Virus record (IMG/VR): IMGVR_UViG_3300005836_000049
Coordinates: 4,734-68,733 of that record
Source: a virus
Length of the DNA: 64,000 nucleotides
Strand: one strand, 5' to 3'
Shown: one piece after another, positions 9,780-19,621 of the stretch
How positions within the stretch are numbered: position 1 is the stretch's first letter
How the letters are laid out: each line of letters opens with the position of its first letter
Position numbers and translations under genes: made by a program
The notes under the pieces: generated by a model
Database searches by the model: none
Seen by the model: the letters and a program-made list of their open reading frames with translations, nothing else
Told to the model about the DNA's origin: nothing

Positions 9780-10618
9780 TCAGCAACCGCGAACTCCTGC
9801 TGATGGACCGCACTCCGGTCGAGGACTACACGAAGGAGTTCGGCCTCTGGGTCAAGCGCGAGGACCTGAGCGCACGCGCGCCGGGTCCGTGCTTCTCCAA
9901 GACTCGAGGGGTGTACGCGCACTTGGCGGCGCGACCTGAGACGATCATCGGGGTGCTCGACACCTACCACTCCCAGGCGGGACACGCGGTCGCCCATGCT
10001 GCCCAACGGCTCGGGAAGCACGTCATCAACTACTACCCGGAGTTCAAGAAGGAACCGGGACCTCGCGAGCCGCAACTGCGCGCTCTCACGCTCGGCGCGA
10101 AGCTGGTTGGGCTGCCCGCTGGTCGCTCCTCGGTTCTGTTCCACCAGGCCAAGAAGCAACTCCGTGAGACCTACCAGGATAGCTACATGATGCCCAATGC
10201 GCTGAAGCTCCGGGAGATGGTGAGCGAGACCGCGCGCGAGGTCGGCTGTCTGGTAGACGAGGGTCACTTCAAGACCGTGATCATTCCGATCTCTTCGGGG
10301 ACGATCGCAGCCGGAGTCATCAGGGGATTCCTCGACTACGATCCGGAGTTCCTCCCGCGCTTCATCCTCCACATGGGGTACGATCGATCAGAGTCACAGA
10401 TCATGACCTACCTCTCTGAGATGGTCGGCTGCGGCTTCCAGGACGCCAAGATCACTCTCGTCAACGAACACTACGGCTACAAGGACAAGGCAACGAACGG
10501 TCCGACTCCTCCGTGGCCGTGCTCCCCGTACTACGATCTCAAGGCGTTCCGCTGGTGGATGCGAGGCGGCGCCCTCGGGATCACCGGCACATACCCTCTC
10601 TTCTGGAACATCGGCTGA
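9776..10618 (+). CDS. PLP-dependent enzyme, fold type II (threonine synthase/dehydratase-like)
   Basis: GTGA overlap start. PLP-lysine motif FSKTRG (compare FKDRG/FKIRG). Glycine-rich ISSGTIAAG loop. Confidence 0.6.
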   Translation: MISNRELLLMDRTPVEDYTKEFGLWVKREDLSARAPGPCFSKTRGVYAHLAARPETIIGVLDTYHSQAGHAVAHAAQRLGKHVINYYPEFKKEPGPREPQLRALTLGAKLVGLPAGRSSVLFHQAKKQLRETYQDSYMMPNALKLREMVSETAREVGCLVDEGHFKTVIIPISSGTIAAGVIRGFLDYDPEFLPRFILHMGYDRSESQIMTYLSEMVGCGFQDAKITLVNEHYGYKDKATNGPTPPWPCSPYYDLKAFRWWMRGGALGITGTYPLFWNIG

Positions 10619-12042
10619 TGGAACAAGACGCAGTGGAAGACGGCGGCGCAGAACACGCCGCATGGCTCAAGGCGCCCGTGGACGGTGAAGACACGCGCGA
10701 GCGCTACCAGTACTACATGCGCCCCGAGCCGCGCGAGAACCTCGGTGAGATCGTCGAGGAGATGGATGAGCTCACCGGCAAGGTGCTGCGCTCTCGCCTC
10801 GTCGGCGTGCCGATGATGCGTGGCGGTGACCGCAAGCCGCTCAAGGTGTACCTCGATCCGTTGCCGCACATCCGCATCCCCGATGCGAAGAAGCTCCAAG
10901 GCTGGTACCAGGCACGTCACTGGAAGGACGAGACCGGATCGAACCTCCGCAAGCGTCCGCGCCCGTGCTACACCGACGCCATGCTGACCGAACCCTACGG
11001 CGGCTACTGCACCGTGGGCTGCGCCTTCTGCTACATCAACTCCGGGTTCAAGGGTTACCGAGGCTCCGGTCTGATCTCGGTGCCCGTCAACTACGGCGCG
11101 CAGATCGAGCGGCAGCTGGCGAAGTTCAAGACGGCCACGGCAGGCTACTTCTCGTCCTTCACGGATCCGTTCCTCCCGCTCGAGGACTTGTACCACAACA
11201 CGCAGTCCGGCGCGATGGCGTTCGATCGCGCTGGGCTGCCGGTCTTCTTCTTGTCCAGGCTCCACTACCCTGGTTGGGCCTTCGACCTGCTCGCGAAGAA
11301 CAAGTACAGCTACATGCAGAAGTCGATCAACGCTCCCGACCAGGAGCGTTGGAAGGCGCTGAGTCCCGGGGCGATCTCGCTTGCGGACCACTGCGCCGAG
11401 ATCGCAGAGGCACGCAAGCGCGGCATCTACGTCTCCATCCAGGTCAACCCGATCATCGCTGGGGTCATCACCCACGACGACGTCGTGGCGACGTTCGAGA
11501 TGCTCGCCAAGGCTGGCGCCAACCACGTCATCATCAAGTTCGTCGAGGCGGGGTTCAATTGGGCGCCGACGATGATCGAGCGCATCCAGAAGCGCTTCCC
11601 AGGCAAGCCTGGCGAGGACTTCGCGGCGCTGTTCACGCAGAACATCGGCGGCCAGCGGACGATCGCTGAAGAGTACCGCATGCAGGGTCACCATCTGTAC
11701 CGTGCTGCCGCGACTCGCTTGGGCATGACCTACGCCACGTGCTACGAGTACAAGTGGGAACGTGATGCCCAAGGGGAGCCGGTGAACAAGATCGGGATCT
11801 CCGTGGGCGGAGACTTCCTCACGGCGGATCAGTGCCACGGACACCGCGTACCGATGTTCACTCGCGAGGCACTCAACGAACCCTTCAAGGAGTTCGTTGC
11901 ATGCCCCCCATCAGGATGCCTCACGTGCGCGTCGGGGACTCCCAAGGCAAGTCCCTGCGGATCCAAGCTCTTCGGTCTCGCCAAGGCACTCGACTACGCT
12001 GACTTCAAGGTCAGCATCCGGGAGGACGCTGCCAGTGAGTGA
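10618..12042 (+). CDS. Radical SAM enzyme
   Basis: CxxxCxxC cluster CTVGCAFCY. 474 aa. Start overlaps the PLP-enzyme stop. Confidence 0.7.
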   Translation: MEQDAVEDGGAEHAAWLKAPVDGEDTRERYQYYMRPEPRENLGEIVEEMDELTGKVLRSRLVGVPMMRGGDRKPLKVYLDPLPHIRIPDAKKLQGWYQARHWKDETGSNLRKRPRPCYTDAMLTEPYGGYCTVGCAFCYINSGFKGYRGSGLISVPVNYGAQIERQLAKFKTATAGYFSSFTDPFLPLEDLYHNTQSGAMAFDRAGLPVFFLSRLHYPGWAFDLLAKNKYSYMQKSINAPDQERWKALSPGAISLADHCAEIAEARKRGIYVSIQVNPIIAGVITHDDVVATFEMLAKAGANHVIIKFVEAGFNWAPTMIERIQKRFPGKPGEDFAALFTQNIGGQRTIAEEYRMQGHHLYRAAATRLGMTYATCYEYKWERDAQGEPVNKIGISVGGDFLTADQCHGHRVPMFTREALNEPFKEFVACPPSGCLTCASGTPKASPCGSKLFGLAKALDYADFKVSIREDAASE

Positions 12043-12418
12043 CCCGAACCCGTTCACGGTGAACCGGCGAATCAAGCTCGCCGACTGGCACGCCGAGGGG
12101 ATCGCTCGTTTCGGCGAGAACCCGCTCAAGTGGAAGTTCGTCTGTCCCAGCTGCGGCATGGTTCAGTCGGCGGAGGACTGGAAGGCTTATGGCATCCCCT
12201 TCCGTGACGTGGACCGCCAGGTGGCGTTCAACTGCCTGGGAAGGCGGATCAAGAGCGTCTGCCCCACCGCTGACGTGGTAGAGTTCGGCGACATGAACAA
12301 GGGATTTGGTTGCAACTACACGGGTGGCGGACTCTTCCGCGTCAACCCGGTCGAGGTCGAGTTCGGCTTCGAACCGAACCTCGAGATCCGTGAAACCTTC
12401 GAGTGGGCACCATCATGA
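12035..12418 (+). CDS. Cys-rich hypothetical protein (zinc-ribbon-like CPSCG...CPT)
   Basis: GTG start overlapping the radical SAM stop. Located within the modification operon. Confidence 0.4.
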   Translation: MSDPNPFTVNRRIKLADWHAEGIARFGENPLKWKFVCPSCGMVQSAEDWKAYGIPFRDVDRQVAFNCLGRRIKSVCPTADVVEFGDMNKGFGCNYTGGGLFRVNPVEVEFGFEPNLEIRETFEWAPS

Positions 12419-13041
12419 TCGTCAACCTGAGAGGCGGCAGTGGAAGTGGCAAGAGCACCGTGGTCAAGGAGATCATGAAGTGCTACGACACGCGCATCCC
12501 GTTCTTCATCGAGGGGCGCAAGCAACCGCTGTGGTACGATCTCAGCGACTCTCAGAACCCGGAAGGCCGGGTTCTGAGAGTCCTCGGTCATTACGAAATC
12601 CCTTGTGGCGGGTGCGACACGATCGGCGCGATCGGTGAGGAGCCTGCGATGAAGGTCATACACCGACTCGTTCGCGAGGCGAACAACGCCAACCTCCATG
12701 TGTTGTACGAAGGCGTCATCCTGACGACTCTCGCCGGTGATCTGATCCAGATGGTTCAGGAGAAGCTCCCCATCGTGGTTGTCAATCTGACCTCGGACCT
12801 CGAGACTTGCTTGCGCGGCATTACCGCGCGGCGCCTCGCGAAGCAAGGCATCACCAACCCGACCGACGAACAGACTGCCGCGATGAAGGCATCCCTCGGC
12901 GAGTCCACGATCAAGAACAACATCGGCAAGCTGAAGAGTGCCTACAAGACTGCCCGTCAACTCAAGGCAGCAGGTGCTTCAGTGTTCGACTGCGACCGCG
13001 AGGAAGCGGTCAACCTCATCAAGGAGACCTTCGACCTATGA
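12415..13041 (+). CDS. P-loop nucleotide/nucleic-acid kinase (candidate 5-hydroxymethyluracil DNA kinase)
   Basis: ATGA overlap. Walker A GGSGSGKST near N-terminus. Context with ThyA-like and aGPT-Pplase-like genes. Confidence 0.55.
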   Translation: MIVNLRGGSGSGKSTVVKEIMKCYDTRIPFFIEGRKQPLWYDLSDSQNPEGRVLRVLGHYEIPCGGCDTIGAIGEEPAMKVIHRLVREANNANLHVLYEGVILTTLAGDLIQMVQEKLPIVVVNLTSDLETCLRGITARRLAKQGITNPTDEQTAAMKASLGESTIKNNIGKLKSAYKTARQLKAAGASVFDCDREEAVNLIKETFDL

Positions 13042-13298
13042 CCGCCATCAAGCTGTTCGAGACCAAGGACCACGCCTTCAACATCAGCTTCGAGGTCAAG
13101 CTCACGCGCCTCCTGCTCGGTGGTGCGTACACCGAGGCTCCCTTCAGTCGTGAGGTGAAGATGCGCATGGTGACCCTCCATCTTCTCGTCCTGTGCCTCT
13201 GCTTCGTCGTCTTCTCGAACAACGAGGCGTCGGCGGAGGAAGTGCGGCGCGAGTTCGAAGCGCGCGGTCGCATCCTCGGCAAGAAGAAGCGCAAGTGA
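13038..13298 (+). CDS. Small membrane protein
   Basis: Overlapping start. Hydrophobic segment LHLLVLCLCFVVF. Basic C-terminus. Confidence 0.35.
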   Translation: MTAIKLFETKDHAFNISFEVKLTRLLLGGAYTEAPFSREVKMRMVTLHLLVLCLCFVVFSNNEASAEEVRREFEARGRILGKKKRK

Positions 13299-14170
13299 AG
13301 GAACTGGCCGACTATCCGAATCGCGGCCTGGGCATGCCAGGCTACTTCGCTTTCCTCAGAGAGCGCTACGAGATTCTGTTGAACCGGAAGCGCGGCCTGT
13401 CCCAACCTTGGACAGCGGATCCCGTCCTCCAGGAGTGGCGCTTCTGCAACGTGCGCCGGGAGGACGACAAGGTCACCATCTGGTTCCGCGAGAACATCCG
13501 GGGACCGCTGCAAGAAGACCCCTCGGTCTTCTTTGCAACGGTCGCCTTCCGTTGGTTCAACACCATCGAGACGGGCGAGGCGATTCGGCCGTGGCTGCTC
13601 GGCCCGTGGGACCGCAAGGAAGTGCTCGCTGTCCTACGCAAGCAGCTGAAGGCAGGGAAGAAGCTCTTCACCGGCGCCTTCGTCGTGAACTCGAAGGGTG
13701 GCAAGCGCAAGCACATCGACGTCCTCGACAACCTGGATTGGGTGCGCAAGCATCTGATACCGTTCCACGACTCGTTTCCCAGGACGAAGGAGTCTGTATT
13801 CCGATACCTCCTCCAAGTCCCTCGCCTGGGCAACTTCGCAGCCTACCAGATCGTCGTCGATCTTCAGTACACCTATCTCCTCCGCGATGCGACGGACCTC
13901 AACACCTTCACGGTGGCTGGCCCAGGGTGCGCGCGCGGGATCGGCCTCATGTGGGAGGACGACGAGAAGCGGTTCTCGTTCACAAGCAAGAAGGATCAGG
14001 ACGACATGCTGTGGATCATGCAGCATGCCCTCACGTGCTCGCGCTCCGAACGCAACTGGCCGAAGGACTGGCCTCCCTTTGTGCTGTCGGACATCGAGAA
14101 CGGATTCTGCGAGTATTCGAAGTGGCGCCAGGGTCACGCTGGTAGTAGGCTCAAACGGAGATTCAGATGA
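13295..14170 (+). CDS. aGPT-Pplase-like protein 2 (paralog of 8440-9294)
   Basis: GTGA overlap. Motif LGNFAAYQIVVDL matches GFGPWIAFKIADM of paralog 1. Confidence 0.4.
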   Translation: MKELADYPNRGLGMPGYFAFLRERYEILLNRKRGLSQPWTADPVLQEWRFCNVRREDDKVTIWFRENIRGPLQEDPSVFFATVAFRWFNTIETGEAIRPWLLGPWDRKEVLAVLRKQLKAGKKLFTGAFVVNSKGGKRKHIDVLDNLDWVRKHLIPFHDSFPRTKESVFRYLLQVPRLGNFAAYQIVVDLQYTYLLRDATDLNTFTVAGPGCARGIGLMWEDDEKRFSFTSKKDQDDMLWIMQHALTCSRSERNWPKDWPPFVLSDIENGFCEYSKWRQGHAGSRLKRRFR

Positions 14171-14922
14171 AGCTGTACATCAAGACGCTCGGACGAGTTC
14201 ACAAGCAACACACCCTTCGTTTCGTTCCCGATGCGACGCTGGTCGTCCAGGCGCACGAGGCCGACGCCTACAAGGCAGCGTGGCCGACCAAGGACGTCCT
14301 CGTATTGCCGGAGTCGGTCAAGACGATCGGTGCCACCGATCGCTACCTGCTCGAGGTTGCAGCGCGGCGCGAGCCCGATATGAAGGTCGTTCTGCTCGAC
14401 GACGATCTGACGTTCTACAGAAGGATCCCGGACAGCACCAAGCTGCGTCTGTGCAACGCGCACGACATGGACATCCTCTGGAACGAGGTCGAGACTCAAC
14501 TGGACGAGTACGTGCACGTGGCAGTCAGCGCGCGCGAGGGCAACAACCGGCTCGACCTCCCCTACGAGTTCAACATCCGCTACATGCGCGTGCGCGCCTA
14601 CAACGCCATGCGCCTCCCGGATGGCCTGGACATCGATCGGATCAACTGCCTGGGCGACTTCGATGTCAACCTACAGCTGCTGGCTGCCGGCCTTCCGAGT
14701 TGCGTGCTGACGGAGTACGCCCAGAATCATCCGGGGACTCAGGCGCCAGGCGGATGTACCACTCAGCGCACCAACGACACGCACAAGGCTGAGACGCAGA
14801 AGCTCGCCGACCTCTGGCCTGGTATCGTCAAGCTGGTCCAGAAGGAGAACAAGGGTGGTGGCGAGTTCGGCCATCGCCAGGAAGTCGTCGTGTCCTGGAA
14901 GAAGGCACTCAAGAAGCAATGA
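14167..14922 (+). CDS. Putative GT-A-like glycosyltransferase / nucleotidyl-sugar transferase (DxD)
   Basis: ATGA overlap. VVLLDDDLTFY DxD-like motif after a beta-strand. 251 aa. Function is an inference. Confidence 0.35.
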   Translation: MKLYIKTLGRVHKQHTLRFVPDATLVVQAHEADAYKAAWPTKDVLVLPESVKTIGATDRYLLEVAARREPDMKVVLLDDDLTFYRRIPDSTKLRLCNAHDMDILWNEVETQLDEYVHVAVSAREGNNRLDLPYEFNIRYMRVRAYNAMRLPDGLDIDRINCLGDFDVNLQLLAAGLPSCVLTEYAQNHPGTQAPGGCTTQRTNDTHKAETQKLADLWPGIVKLVQKENKGGGEFGHRQEVVVSWKKALKKQ

Positions 14923-15941
14923 ACATCATCCAAGCTCGGAACGTCCAGCAGGCACTCGTCGAGGGCTGCTACCAGATGACCCAAGTCGGGGTCGAGCGTG
15001 AGTCTCGCAATGGCAAGGTGCTGGTGATGCCTGGCGTCACTGTGACGGAATACCAGCGCCCGTGGGAACGGGTTCTCGCAGACCCGGATCGTGATGCCAA
15101 CCCCTTCTTCCACTTCTTCGAAGCGCTCTGGATGATCGCCGGGCGCCGCGATGTCGCATGGCCGAAGAAGTTCAATTCGAAGTTCGACGCCTACTCCGAC
15201 GATGGCGTCATCTTCAACGGAGCCTACGGTTGGCGCTGGCGCAATCAGTTCGGCGTCGATCAACTGATCATGATCGTCGAAGCGCTCCGGAAGAATCCGG
15301 ACTGCCGTCGACAGGTGCTGGCGATGTGGGACGGGAACAAGGACCTCGGCAACCCCTCCAAGGACGTTCCCTGTAACCTGCTCGCGACGTTCCAGATCGG
15401 AGCGAAGCGCGAGTTGAACATGGTCGTCACCAACCGCTCCAACGATCTCATCTGGGGAGCCTATGGGGCGAACGCGGTTCACTTCTCGATGCTGCTGGAG
15501 TACATGGCCGCTCACATCGGAGTCGAGAGCGGCACGTACACGCAGGTGTCTTCCAACACGCACATCTACGAACCGCACTGGCCTCTGATGCGCAAGCTCG
15601 CGGACAAGGCACCGATGCCTCCGTCTCGGCGCGAGGACCTGTACAGCATAGGTCTGATGGAACCGTTCCCGATGGTCAACATCCGTCCGACCGAATGGGA
15701 CCGCGAGTTGTACGTGTTCCTCGAGCTTCAGCACCGTGGAGCGTACCAGGATCCGTTCTTCGCCAACGTGGCGGTTCCGATGTTCATGTCCTACGTGGCG
15801 TTCAGCGATCGCGAGAATCCCGAGCGGTTCAACAACGCCAAGAGTCTCTCCATGAGCATCAAGGCGCCTGATTGGCAGGCTGCTTGCCTGGAATGGCTCA
15901 CCAGGAGAGAACGTGCCGCGCTCGAAAAGGCGGCTTCGTGA
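14919..15941 (+). CDS. Thymidylate-synthase-family pyrimidine (dUMP/dCMP) hydroxymethylase
   Basis: ThyA-like motifs RRQVLAMWD (compare RRIIVSAWN) and catalytic VPCNLLATFQ (compare PPCH..FQF). ATGA overlap. Confidence 0.7.
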   Translation: MNIIQARNVQQALVEGCYQMTQVGVERESRNGKVLVMPGVTVTEYQRPWERVLADPDRDANPFFHFFEALWMIAGRRDVAWPKKFNSKFDAYSDDGVIFNGAYGWRWRNQFGVDQLIMIVEALRKNPDCRRQVLAMWDGNKDLGNPSKDVPCNLLATFQIGAKRELNMVVTNRSNDLIWGAYGANAVHFSMLLEYMAAHIGVESGTYTQVSSNTHIYEPHWPLMRKLADKAPMPPSRREDLYSIGLMEPFPMVNIRPTEWDRELYVFLELQHRGAYQDPFFANVAVPMFMSYVAFSDRENPERFNNAKSLSMSIKAPDWQAACLEWLTRRERAALEKAAS

Positions 15942-16456
15942 TGGACAAGCAGATTCTCCGAGTGATCCAGGCACGTGAGTGCTCGGTCGTCGAGCGGGCG
16001 CACACGTTGCCCCACCACGGGTCCTACACCAATGGCCAGCACAGCCACGATGCCGTGTCGCTGTACCTCATCCTCTGCCCTGACCCGCAGCTGGAGGTCG
16101 TCAAGGCGATCCACGTGCACGACTACGGTGAGCGCTGGTGCGGAGATCTCCCGGCTCCGACCAAGTGGGCACAGCCGGAGATCGGGCGCCTCATGCATAA
16201 CCTCGAGATGCACTGTCTCGACCGCATGGGCTTCCACTTCGTCCTCAAGGAGTCGGACATGATCTGGCTCAAGGCGGTCGACTCGCTCGAGCTTTGGCTC
16301 TGGGCTTGGGCTCAGATCGCGATCGGCAACACGAACGCGGTGGCCGTGCTCGGCAACCTCAACGCCTACTTCGAGCGGACGGAACTGCCGCCGGAGGTAG
16401 TACACTTCATCAAGACCTTCAAGTGGACCCGCACGGCGGACATCATCCCAAAATGA
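15941..16456 (+). CDS. HD-domain 5'-deoxynucleotidase (YfbR-like)
   Basis: H..HSHD ... HVHDYGERWCGDLPAPTK matches the YfbR HD motif architecture. Confidence 0.6.
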   Translation: MDKQILRVIQARECSVVERAHTLPHHGSYTNGQHSHDAVSLYLILCPDPQLEVVKAIHVHDYGERWCGDLPAPTKWAQPEIGRLMHNLEMHCLDRMGFHFVLKESDMIWLKAVDSLELWLWAWAQIAIGNTNAVAVLGNLNAYFERTELPPEVVHFIKTFKWTRTADIIPK

Positions 16457-16830
16457 ACATCGACCCCTTCGACCTCAGCACCAACAAGACCCCCTCTACC
16501 TCCGACAACCTCAACCACCTGTCGGACATCTCCAGAGAGGATGTGGATGGCCTCCTCAAGGCGCAGAAGTCCTACGGCGATAGTTGGAAGCGTCGCGGAG
16601 GCGTCGGTGCCTTCATGATGCTCGCGCGCAAGTGGGATCGTCTGGAGGTCGCCATGACCGGCCCGGTCGGATTGGCCGGTCCCTACGACATCTTCTCCCG
16701 CGCTGAGCAGGACAAGCGTGCGGAGGGCCTCATCGACGACATCCGCGATCTTCGGCGCTATCTCCTGTTGGTCGAATCGGAGTTGCGCGCTCGTGGCACC
16801 ATCCACGGCAAGCACCGGGACAACTCGTGA
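16453..16830 (+). CDS. Hypothetical protein
   Basis: ATGA overlap with the HD gene. 125 aa. Confidence 0.4.
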   Translation: MNIDPFDLSTNKTPSTSDNLNHLSDISREDVDGLLKAQKSYGDSWKRRGGVGAFMMLARKWDRLEVAMTGPVGLAGPYDIFSRAEQDKRAEGLIDDIRDLRRYLLLVESELRARGTIHGKHRDNS

Positions 16831-17081
16831 TCCGGGTCACGGTGGAACTCGTCCCACACGGCGACGAGTCGCGCGCGAAAGTTCTCTGCCAGGGCATGAT
16901 CGCCAACGACGGATCAGGTACGCTTCGCAAGGGCAACTACCGATTCCAATTGTCCCAGCAGGGACGGCTGTCGGCGACTGCTCGCAAGGGTGAGGTCAAG
17001 GACTTCCCCCGTCTCTCCAAGAACGTCTGGCACCTGCTCCGGCTCGTGCTCAACACGGCCTTCGGGCCGAAGGAAGCCTGA
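16827..17081 (+). CDS. Hypothetical protein
   Basis: 84-aa ORF, coupled start. Confidence 0.35.
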   Translation: MIRVTVELVPHGDESRAKVLCQGMIANDGSGTLRKGNYRFQLSQQGRLSATARKGEVKDFPRLSKNVWHLLRLVLNTAFGPKEA

Positions 17082-17083
17082 TC

Positions 17084-17512
17084 ATGAACACTGGAAGGAT
17101 AGTCAGAGTCCGAAACCGAGTAGCTCCGAAAGATCTTCCCAAGGATCAAGTTCTGAGGGTCATCCACTGGTACAACAGCTTCGTGGAGATCTGGAACTCA
17201 GCTGAGACTACCTTCCAACAGAAACCGTACAAGAAGGTTCCCAGCCCCACGGAGATCTACGACATCAGTCTGTTCGTCACCTCGTTGTCGTCCGCTCCCA
17301 AGAGAGTCTACATTCGAAGACGGGACACCGGGGATTGCTACGAGATCAATCCTGGTCGGGGTTGGATGTACTACTCGGACAACAAATCGTTGGCCGTTCA
17401 CCGAAGCCTGTTGGACTCCGAGAAGGTGGTTTGGGTTCGCAGGGTAACGCCAGAGTCGGAAGACTCTAGCTTCAAGAGCGAATTCTCTCCGATCGATCAC
17501 AACAACTCTTGA
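17084..17512 (+). CDS. Hypothetical protein
   Basis: 142-aa ORF with lower GC-style codon use (many AT-rich codons). Possibly recently acquired. Confidence 0.4.
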   Translation: MNTGRIVRVRNRVAPKDLPKDQVLRVIHWYNSFVEIWNSAETTFQQKPYKKVPSPTEIYDISLFVTSLSSAPKRVYIRRRDTGDCYEINPGRGWMYYSDNKSLAVHRSLLDSEKVVWVRRVTPESEDSSFKSEFSPIDHNNS

Positions 17513-17515
17513 GCC

Positions 17516-19621
17516 ATGCAGCTTCCCCTCTTCACGCCCAAGTCAACGTGGACCGCTCCGGCGGTTTCCTCGTTGCCCTCCTGGGCAGAGGCGAAGCGCA
17601 TCGCCATCGACATCGAGACCCGTGACCCTCAGCTGAAGAAGCTCGGCCCAGGGGTGCGGCGCGACGGCTACATCACCGGGGTCTCGTTCGCGATCGAGGA
17701 CGGTCCCGCGTTCTACCTGCCGGTGGCGCACGAGGCAGGAGGCAACCTGGACCCCAAGCACGTGTTCGCCTACTTGCGTGACCAGGGTCTTGCCTTCAAG
17801 GGCGACCTGGTCACGGCCAACGGTCAGTACGACCTCGACTACCTCGCGCACAGAGGCGTGAGATTCACGCCTCGCTTCTACCGCGACGTCCAGATCGCGG
17901 ACCCGCTGATCTGTGAGCTCTACCCGAGCTACAGCCTGGACAACATCGCCAAGCGTTGGGAACTCCCCGGCAAGGACGAGGGGATGCTGATCCAGGCGGC
18001 ACGCGCGTTCGGGATCGATCCGAAGGGCGACATGTGGCGGCTCCACGCCAAGTTCGTCGGAGCCTACGCAGAGCAGGATGTGCGACTCCCGCTGCGACTG
18101 ATCCGGCTCCAGGAGACGAAGATCGAGGCGGAGGGACTCCAAGGCATCTACGACCTCGAGAGCAAGCTGATGCCCGTGCTGCTCAAGATGAAGCGCCGAG
18201 GCGTCCGCATCGACCATGACCAACTTGACCGGGTTGAGCGCTGGGCGATCCAGGAAGAGGACAAGGCGCTCTCTGAGATCAACCGGCTGACCGGGTCGAA
18301 GCTAACGAGGACCGAAACCACGTTGACCTCGGCACTGGTCCCGGTTCTGCGCGGGATAGGCATCCAGATCCCAAAGACTCCGACCGGGCGCGACTCGCTG
18401 ACGGCGGACTTCCTCGACACGCTACAAGGCGATGTCGGAGGCCTGATCAACCGCGCGCGCCGGTTCAACAAGCTGCGCAGCACCTTCGTGGACGGGCGCC
18501 GCGAACATGCCATCAACGGACGGGTCCACCCGAGCTTCCACCAGCTGCGGTCAGAGAAGCCCGGGATGGGCGATGACGGGGGCGCGCGCTACGGTCGCCT
18601 CAGCTGCTCTGGGCCCAACCTCCAGCAGGAACCCGCGCGCGACGGGGAGATCGGCCCGGAATGGCGCAAGGTCTACGTGCCGGAGCCCGGCGCCGAGTGG
18701 GCGTGCCTCGACTACTCCCAGCAGGAACCGCGCTGGGCCATCCACTTCGCTGAGATGGTCGAGCGGAGCAATTGGAAGCTGGTGACTAGCCGCAGGACGT
18801 TCTCCGCCGAAGGAGCCTCACTCGCCGGCGACAAGTACCGCAGCGACCCGAAGACCGACAACCACGACATGATGACCAAGCTGATCCACGGTGAGGCAGC
18901 GTGGGACAGCTGGGACAAGGATACGCGCAAGCTCCACCGCTCGCACGCCAAGAACATTTTCCTCGGCCTCTGCTACGGCATGGGCGGAGCGAAGCTGTGC
19001 CGTGACTTGGGCCTTCCGATCGAGTGGATCATGACGACCCGGTGGGCCCAAGAGGGGCGCACCTACGATCAGATGATGGAGGGCATCGAGGACCCCAACC
19101 TGCCCTATGGCAACCACGAGGTCCGGATTCCGATCGCGGGTCCGGAAGGCCAAGCCATCCTGGACCAGTTCAACCGCGCGGTCCCGTGGGTGACCGGCGC
19201 CGCGCGCTGCGCTCAGAATGTCGCTGCTGAGCGCGGCTACGTGAAGACCGTGCTTGGTCGCAAGTGTCACTTCCCCGTGATCGAGCGCAACCGGCGCTCG
19301 GTGGATCCCCGTCGTTGGCGGAACCGTGAGGTCATCTACGACTGGTGCCACAAGGCGTTCAATCGCGCGATCCAAGGCTCGAGTGGTGACCAGGTCAAGG
19401 CAGCGATGATCGGAGCGGACGAGGCGGGTCTCGTGACGGAAGACCTGTCGCGAGACTCCGTCTCACTACAGGTCCACGATGAGTTGGACGGCTCGTTCAA
19501 CGATCGTGAGAACATCAAGGCACTCGCTGAGATCATGCGCACCATCGTGCCTTGCTCTGTGCCTCACCGCATCGACGTCGAGGTCGGACCCAATTGGTCT
19601 GAGATCAAGGCGATGACATGA
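17516..19621 (+). CDS. DNA polymerase I family (family A) with 3'-5' exonuclease domain
   Basis: Exo I IAIDIETRD. Motif B RSHAKNIFLGLCYGMG. Motif C LQVHDELD. 701 aa. Confidence 0.85.
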   Translation: MQLPLFTPKSTWTAPAVSSLPSWAEAKRIAIDIETRDPQLKKLGPGVRRDGYITGVSFAIEDGPAFYLPVAHEAGGNLDPKHVFAYLRDQGLAFKGDLVTANGQYDLDYLAHRGVRFTPRFYRDVQIADPLICELYPSYSLDNIAKRWELPGKDEGMLIQAARAFGIDPKGDMWRLHAKFVGAYAEQDVRLPLRLIRLQETKIEAEGLQGIYDLESKLMPVLLKMKRRGVRIDHDQLDRVERWAIQEEDKALSEINRLTGSKLTRTETTLTSALVPVLRGIGIQIPKTPTGRDSLTADFLDTLQGDVGGLINRARRFNKLRSTFVDGRREHAINGRVHPSFHQLRSEKPGMGDDGGARYGRLSCSGPNLQQEPARDGEIGPEWRKVYVPEPGAEWACLDYSQQEPRWAIHFAEMVERSNWKLVTSRRTFSAEGASLAGDKYRSDPKTDNHDMMTKLIHGEAAWDSWDKDTRKLHRSHAKNIFLGLCYGMGGAKLCRDLGLPIEWIMTTRWAQEGRTYDQMMEGIEDPNLPYGNHEVRIPIAGPEGQAILDQFNRAVPWVTGAARCAQNVAAERGYVKTVLGRKCHFPVIERNRRSVDPRRWRNREVIYDWCHKAFNRAIQGSSGDQVKAAMIGADEAGLVTEDLSRDSVSLQVHDELDGSFNDRENIKALAEIMRTIVPCSVPHRIDVEVGPNWSEIKAMT

